DNA from: Bacilli bacterium | GTDB lineage: Bacteria; Bacillota_I; Bacilli_A; ML615J-28; CAG-698 | Assembly (NCBI GenBank): GCA_050953065.1 | Contig: JBMNLZ010000003.1 | Coordinates: 1 to 64,000, forward strand | Reading direction: 5' to 3' | DNA length: 64,000 nt | In this document: positions 59,349 to 64,000 of the stretch, piece after piece | Numbering within the stretch: the stretch's first letter is position 1 | Layout of the letters: every line of letters starts with the position of its first letter | Position numbers and translations under genes: made by a program | Notes under the pieces: generated by a model | Databases searched by the model: none | The model's input: only the letters and a program-made list of their open reading frames with translations | Told to the model about the DNA's origin: nothing

Positions 59349-60557
59349 TTATTCACTAATTAATGCCATTGTATCTCTGGCAATCATTATCTCTTCATTT
59401 GTTGGGATAACATAAACTGCAATTTTTGAATCACTCGTTGAAATTAATGCTTCGCCTTTACATTTCTCATTAGCTTCTTCATTAAGTTTAACTCCTAAAA
59501 TTTCTAATCTTTCCATAATCTTTTTACGGCATCTTCTAGAATTTTCACCAATTCCTGCTGTAAATACTAAAACATCAATTCCTTCCATGAAAACATAGTA
59601 ACTTCCAACAAAGTCAGCAATTCTTTTATATTGTAAGTCTAGTGCAAGCCTTGCTTTAGCATCTCCTTTTTTTACGCCTTCTTCTAAATCTCTAGAATCA
59701 TTAGAAATTCCAGAAATACCTAAATATCCACTTCCTTTATTCAAAATATTAACTATTTCTTTAGCAGTTAGTTTTTCTTTTGTTGCGATAAATTCAACTA
59801 CAGCTGGATCAATATCCCCACTTCTAGTTCCCATCGGAATACCACCTAGCGGAGTAAGCCCCATTGATGTATCTACGCATTTACCATCTTTAATAGCACA
59901 TAATGATGCTCCATTTCCTAAATGTAGTGTAACTATCTTCAAATCTTTTTTATCTTTTTTATGTAATATTGCAGCTCTTTGTGAAACATAATCATGGCTT
60001 GTTCCATGAAAGCCATATTTTCTAACGCGATAATTTTCATACCAGGCATAAGGTAAGGCATACATAAACGCTTCTGGTTCCATAGTTTGATGGAAAGCTG
60101 TATCAAATACTACAACTGAAGGAGTATTAGGCATAACCTCCATAAAAGCTCTAATTCCAATTAAGTGAGCAGGATTGTGAAGGGGAGCTAAATCACAAAG
60201 TGATTCAATTTTTTCTAGTACATCTTCATCAACTAAAGCTGACTTAGGAAAATATTCACCACCATGAACTATTCTATGACCAACTCCTGCTATTTCATTT
60301 AAATTTTCAACTATTTTTAAATCAATTAAATCTTCAAGCAAAATACTAACAGCTTTAGCATGGTTTTTAATATGCAGTGTTTCATTTTTAAGTTCTTTTT
60401 TTTCACCATTATCTAAAATTGAATAAATTTTAAAAACCGCATCCTTTGAACCAATTCTTTCAAATTGACCCTCAGCAATGTATTTTTCTTGAGGCATGTT
60501 CACCAATTTAAATTTAAGCGATGATGAACCAGCATTCACGGCCATAATTTTTTTCAT
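59349..60557 (-). CDS. ackA: acetate kinase
   Basis: NAGSSSLK, GHRIVHGG, LAPLHNP, FDTAFH, YGFHGTSH, HLGNGAS, FTAGIGEN, PTNEE. Confidence 0.99.
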   Translation of the reverse strand: MKKIMAVNAGSSSLKFKLVNMPQEKYIAEGQFERIGSKDAVFKIYSILDNGEKKELKNETLHIKNHAKAVSILLEDLIDLKIVENLNEIAGVGHRIVHGGEYFPKSALVDEDVLEKIESLCDLAPLHNPAHLIGIRAFMEVMPNTPSVVVFDTAFHQTMEPEAFMYALPYAWYENYRVRKYGFHGTSHDYVSQRAAILHKKDKKDLKIVTLHLGNGASLCAIKDGKCVDTSMGLTPLGGIPMGTRSGDIDPAVVEFIATKEKLTAKEIVNILNKGSGYLGISGISNDSRDLEEGVKKGDAKARLALDLQYKRIADFVGSYYVFMEGIDVLVFTAGIGENSRRCRKKIMERLEILGVKLNEEANEKCKGEALISTSDSKIAVYVIPTNEEIMIARDTMALISE

Positions 60558-60717
60558 TATTTAATTCTCCTTTATTTTAAACATATTTATATTTATTATT
60601 AAATTAATTTTCCCTTTATCTTTAAATACCTTAGATATTATAACATAAACCTTTTGAAAAGTTAAGCCTTAAAAGAATTATCTTTTAAACTTTTTAATTA
60701 TTAATTTTCTTTTTTCC

Positions 60718-60746
60718 TTGAAATGCAATTTCTTTTTAGTTATAAT
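60718..60746 (+). promoter_or_regulatory. promoter of yidD
   Basis: TTGAAA-17 nt-TATAAT ending 6 nt before the ATG. Confidence 0.7.
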
Positions 60747-60752
60747 TATTTT

Positions 60753-61010
60753 ATGAATAAACTAACAATTTTTTTAATTAAAAAATATCAATCTTTAAAA
60801 AACCCTAAAAGAAAAACATGTAGGTTTTATCCTACATGTTCTAATTACGCTTTAGAAGCATTTTATAAATTTAGATTTTTTAAAGCTTTTTTTCTAACTT
60901 TTTTTAGAATACTTAAATGTAATCCTTTTTCAAAAGGAGGATATGACCCAGTTCCTAAAAATAGACTAGAAAAAGATTTAGAAAATTATTTCCCAGAGTT
61001 TTTTGAATAA
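60753..61010 (+). CDS. yidD: membrane protein insertion efficiency factor
   Basis: CRFYPTCSNY, RILKCNPFSKGGYDPVP. Confidence 0.95.
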   Translation: MNKLTIFLIKKYQSLKNPKRKTCRFYPTCSNYALEAFYKFRFFKAFFLTFFRILKCNPFSKGGYDPVPKNRLEKDLENYFPEFFE

Positions 61011-62303
61011 ATTAAAGATTTCTACAAAAAAGTTTTTAATTGCATTAAAGACTTTTTTTATTATATTTGGCTTTTCTTCACTTATTGTCTCAGTTAAAAT
61101 TATTTTTAGATCTTTTATTTCTTCATCTATTAATAATCTAACAAAATATTCATCTTGACCTTCTACATTACTATATCCATCATATAAAATCTCGATTGTT
61201 GCAAAAGATGAAATTTGATTTTCTATTTTCAAATTACTAATTATATTTTCAAGCGTAGGCTTTTGATTAGTAAAGGTCAGATTAACAATTAATGGATCAA
61301 TCACAAAAATAGGTGCCTCATTATCTATAACTTTAATATAACAAGCATATGTTACTTTATTACCTGATTTATCACTTGCTTCAAGACAAACATACCATTC
61401 TCCAACCTTGGAAGCATTATTATAATATGCGTTCTCATTAACTATTAAACTATCACTTACATCTAAATCTATTTCATCATACGCACTAAAATTACTTATT
61501 ATATCTATATCAGTTAGCATCTCTTCTTTTGTGGTTGTAATTAGACTTGGTCCGACAATTATAGGCGCTACATTATCTTTATTATATACAAACAAAGCAA
61601 ATTCAATTTCATTTTCTACACTATCGCTAACTCTAAACATAATTTCCCATAGCCCACACTTATCATAATTAGGAGTATAATAATCATATGCTACATAAAT
61701 CCCCTCACTCACATCACCATCTGTATAATCATATGCCATAAGTTTAGATCTAAAATTATTAACATTAAAAACTTCTCCTACCTCTTTTGTAAGATAAGCA
61801 TATTTTGTTGATACTTCTTGATATCCATGATTTATTCCATTATATATAATTGTTGAATAATTTGAAGGCACACTATTTCCTTCAATCATTATTAAATCAT
61901 CTTCTACTTCACCACCAAAGGCACTTTCTTCTCCTAAAAAATCAATGGTTATAACTATATAAGAAACATTTGATAAAGTTTTAAATGTAAAATAATAATT
62001 ATTTGGTACATAATAAATTATATCAACTTTTTCTTTATTTGCATTATAAGAATACATTTCAATTTCTTCCATATTTGAATCTTGAACTTTACAAACAAAA
62101 GTGTATTCTTGATTTTCTTTAACTTTTATATAATTTATACTTTTATATGTTGCTCTACCATAAATACCAATAAAGGCAAAATTCTCATTTTCTAAATAAC
62201 TTCCACTTTCTGGAATAAATTCCCAATTAGGAATTTGTGCAAAAACTTTTGAATAATTAATCATTAAAAATACCAACACTAAACTTAAAATTATTTTTTT
62301 CAT
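60978..62303 (-). CDS. secreted hypothetical protein with Ig-like (HYR/DUF5011-type) repeats and amphipathic C-terminal tail
   Basis: Signal peptide; AYDYTDGDVS / AYDEIDLDVS..SDKSGN..DNEAP repeats; tail IIKKVFNAIKNFFVEIFNLFKKLW. Confidence 0.75.
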   Translation of the reverse strand: MKKIILSLVLVFLMINYSKVFAQIPNWEFIPESGSYLENENFAFIGIYGRATYKSINYIKVKENQEYTFVCKVQDSNMEEIEMYSYNANKEKVDIIYYVPNNYYFTFKTLSNVSYIVITIDFLGEESAFGGEVEDDLIMIEGNSVPSNYSTIIYNGINHGYQEVSTKYAYLTKEVGEVFNVNNFRSKLMAYDYTDGDVSEGIYVAYDYYTPNYDKCGLWEIMFRVSDSVENEIEFALFVYNKDNVAPIIVGPSLITTTKEEMLTDIDIISNFSAYDEIDLDVSDSLIVNENAYYNNASKVGEWYVCLEASDKSGNKVTYACYIKVIDNEAPIFVIDPLIVNLTFTNQKPTLENIISNLKIENQISSFATIEILYDGYSNVEGQDEYFVRLLIDEEIKDLKIILTETISEEKPNIIKKVFNAIKNFFVEIFNLFKKLWEIIF

Positions 62304-62390
62304 AACCCACCCTTTTTTAAAAAAATTATATCATTATATCTTTTTAAAATAAAGGTGAAATCTGTATTTCTCAAAATAAAAAAAAAGCTC

Positions 62391-63509
62391 TTATTTAGAG
62401 CTTTTTTCTTGATATTTTTTATAAATATTATTAACAATTTCTGTCATTTCAGAATATTTTTCTTCTGCTTCTTTAACTAATTTAAATTGTGCCCTAGCCC
62501 TTTCTAAATTATGTTGCGGTCTATTTGGATCAATTGAAAAATAATTATCTCCATCTAAATAATCAGTTAGAAAACGCATCCCACATTCTAAAGTAATTAC
62601 AATAACTGAATTTACCAAATTATCCAATTCTTCTTGTGTTAGTAAATTATGAGTATATTTTAAAAATCCATTCGTAAATTCTTTAAATAAAACTAAATCA
62701 AGTTTTACCTTTTCTAAGTCTACTTCATCTTCTTTAGCAGTTGATGCTCCAATTCTTATTGCATCACCAAAATCATATAAAATTGATCCTGGCATAACAG
62801 TATCTAAATCGATAACACAAATTGCTTTATCAGTTGCTTCATCAAACATAATATTATTTAATTTAGTATCATTATGAGTGACTCTATAAGGAATTATTTT
62901 TTTATCAAGCATATTAGTGATAATAGACATTTTATCTTCTCTATCTAAAACAAAAGAAATTTCATTATAGATATCAAGACCTCTTTTCTTTTTATCAGCT
63001 TTTGATACTTCTAAAAACTTTTGAAATCTAACAGGAGTATTATGAAAATCAGGAATAGTTACACCAAGTTTTCTAATTGGAAAACCTTCAAGTAGTTTTT
63101 GAAAATAACCTACGGCTTTCCCCGCCTCATAAAACATTTGAGGTTTTTCAATATATTCATATGTTTTAGTTCCATTAACAAACCTAAAACATCTCCAATA
63201 CTCATCATCAATTCTAACATAATTCTTACCTTCAAAAGTTGGAATTATTTCTAAAGAAACCCTACTAACATCTAAATTAATTGATAATGCTTTTTCTCTA
63301 ATAAAGTTAGTTACTAAATCTATATTTTTCATAACTACTTTAGGTCTTCTAAAAACTTTAGAATTAATCTCTTGTAAAATATACTTTGCATCTTTATCAT
63401 AATATGTAGTTATTAAATATGTTTTATTTATATGACCACCACCATATTTTGTAACATCTATTATGCTATCACAAAACGGATAATTGCTCAATATCTTTCT
63501 CATTTTCAT
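62391..63509 (-). CDS. APH-fold kinase, N-acetylhexosamine 1-kinase (NahK)-like
   Basis: GHINKTY, YILQ.IN..VF, TIPDFHNT, RVTHNDTKLNN, VIDLDTVMPG, DFGDAIR, RFLTDYLDGD.YF, HNL.RAR.Q. Confidence 0.82.
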   Translation of the reverse strand: MKMRKILSNYPFCDSIIDVTKYGGGHINKTYLITTYYDKDAKYILQEINSKVFRRPKVVMKNIDLVTNFIREKALSINLDVSRVSLEIIPTFEGKNYVRIDDEYWRCFRFVNGTKTYEYIEKPQMFYEAGKAVGYFQKLLEGFPIRKLGVTIPDFHNTPVRFQKFLEVSKADKKKRGLDIYNEISFVLDREDKMSIITNMLDKKIIPYRVTHNDTKLNNIMFDEATDKAICVIDLDTVMPGSILYDFGDAIRIGASTAKEDEVDLEKVKLDLVLFKEFTNGFLKYTHNLLTQEELDNLVNSVIVITLECGMRFLTDYLDGDNYFSIDPNRPQHNLERARAQFKLVKEAEEKYSEMTEIVNNIYKKYQEKSSK

Positions 63510-63529
63510 ATAAATGCCTCTTTACTAAT

Positions 63530-63763
63530 TTATTTATTCTTAATTGCTTGCTTAATTATTCTAACATAAAGATAGATACATAAAGCTAATAAAAATACAG
63601 ATATTATTAAACTAACTATAATTAATTCTTTTGTTATAAAATCAGAATTTATATAATTAGCCTCACTAAGTGCTATTATATCATAAACAATCTGAAAAAT
63701 CACTAAAAAAGATAATACTGAAACTAGTGCAATTCTTACATATAAATTTTTAAAAAATTTCAT
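63530..63763 (-). CDS. small two-TM hypothetical membrane protein
   Basis: AAGGAG RBS before MKFFKNL; two hydrophobic segments. Confidence 0.75.
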   Translation of the reverse strand: MKFFKNLYVRIALVSVLSFLVIFQIVYDIIALSEANYINSDFITKELIIVSLIISVFLLALCIYLYVRIIKQAIKNK

Positions 63764-63774
63764 TTTTCTTCTCC

Positions 63775-64000
63775 TTAGATATGTTTCCATTTGATTTTTA
63801 TTTTATTTAAATCATTCAAAAAATCAGGATAAGATTTTTTAACACAATTAGCATCTTCTATTATAGCTCCCATTGGTAGAACGGTTGCTAAAACACTTAA
63901 AGCCATAAATATTCTGTGATCGTTATGTGCATCAAAACAATATTCCTCGTTAGCAATCTTTCCTTTAGAAATTATAATTAAATCATCCTTTATTTTAATA
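63775..64000 (-). CDS. aroA: 3-phosphoshikimate 1-carboxyvinyltransferase, 3' end (partial)
   Basis: Manual translation gives ..FDAHNDHRIFMALSV..EDANCVKKSYPDFLNDL..stop; not in the ORF track. Confidence 0.9.
   Translation of the reverse strand, partial: IKIKDDLIIISKGKIANEEYCFDAHNDHRIFMALSVLATVLPMGAIIEDANCVKKSYPDFLNDLNKIKIKWKHI

Noticed and set aside
62391-63509. Aminoglycoside resistance phosphotransferase
   Set aside because: Same fold, but the motifs (GHIN.TY, HNDTKLNN, DLDTVMPG, RFLTDYL.GD.YF) fit the NahK-like sugar kinase group.
1-64000. Alternative genetic code (UGA=Trp)
   Set aside because: Very long Trp-rich ORFs translate intact with code 11, and cysS ends in TGA overlapping the mrnC ATG.

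Overview
AT-rich bacterial chromosome segment. It uses genetic code 11 (TGA is the cysS stop), and all convincing genes except yidD are on the minus strand. Gene content and style (long SecE, lipoproteins with Big_2 and InlB-B repeats, very low GC) suggest a Bacilli/Mollicutes-related lineage such as Acholeplasmatales; this is inference. The housekeeping backbone is aroA(3' end), ackA, dnaE, pfkA, metG, rplM-rpsI, a two-component pair, cysS-mrnC-rlmB-sigH-rpmG-secE-nusG, leuS, hpf-secA-prfB, recX, lysC and rplK-rplA-rplJ-rplL-rpoB(5' end). The striking accessory content is about 27 kb of secreted or lipid-anchored modular proteins. Three are paralogous GHL10 (DigH/YddW-like) glycosidases of 943, ~2530 and ~3090 aa on Ig-like stalks of different lengths, and the largest ends in an NlpC/P60 peptidase. 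There is also an Amidase_2 lipoprotein and a Big_2-only lipoprotein, plus a cytoplasmic NahK-like sugar kinase. Together these enzyme families cover the three main bond types of peptidoglycan, suggesting a bacteriolytic or wall-scavenging system in a possibly wall-less organism. Several unnamed shared domains are visible by eye. rpoB and rplK each carry a 1-nt homopolymer frameshift, probably sequencing error. I saw no rRNA, tRNA, CRISPR array, transposase or integrase. All domain calls come from motif recognition, not database searches.
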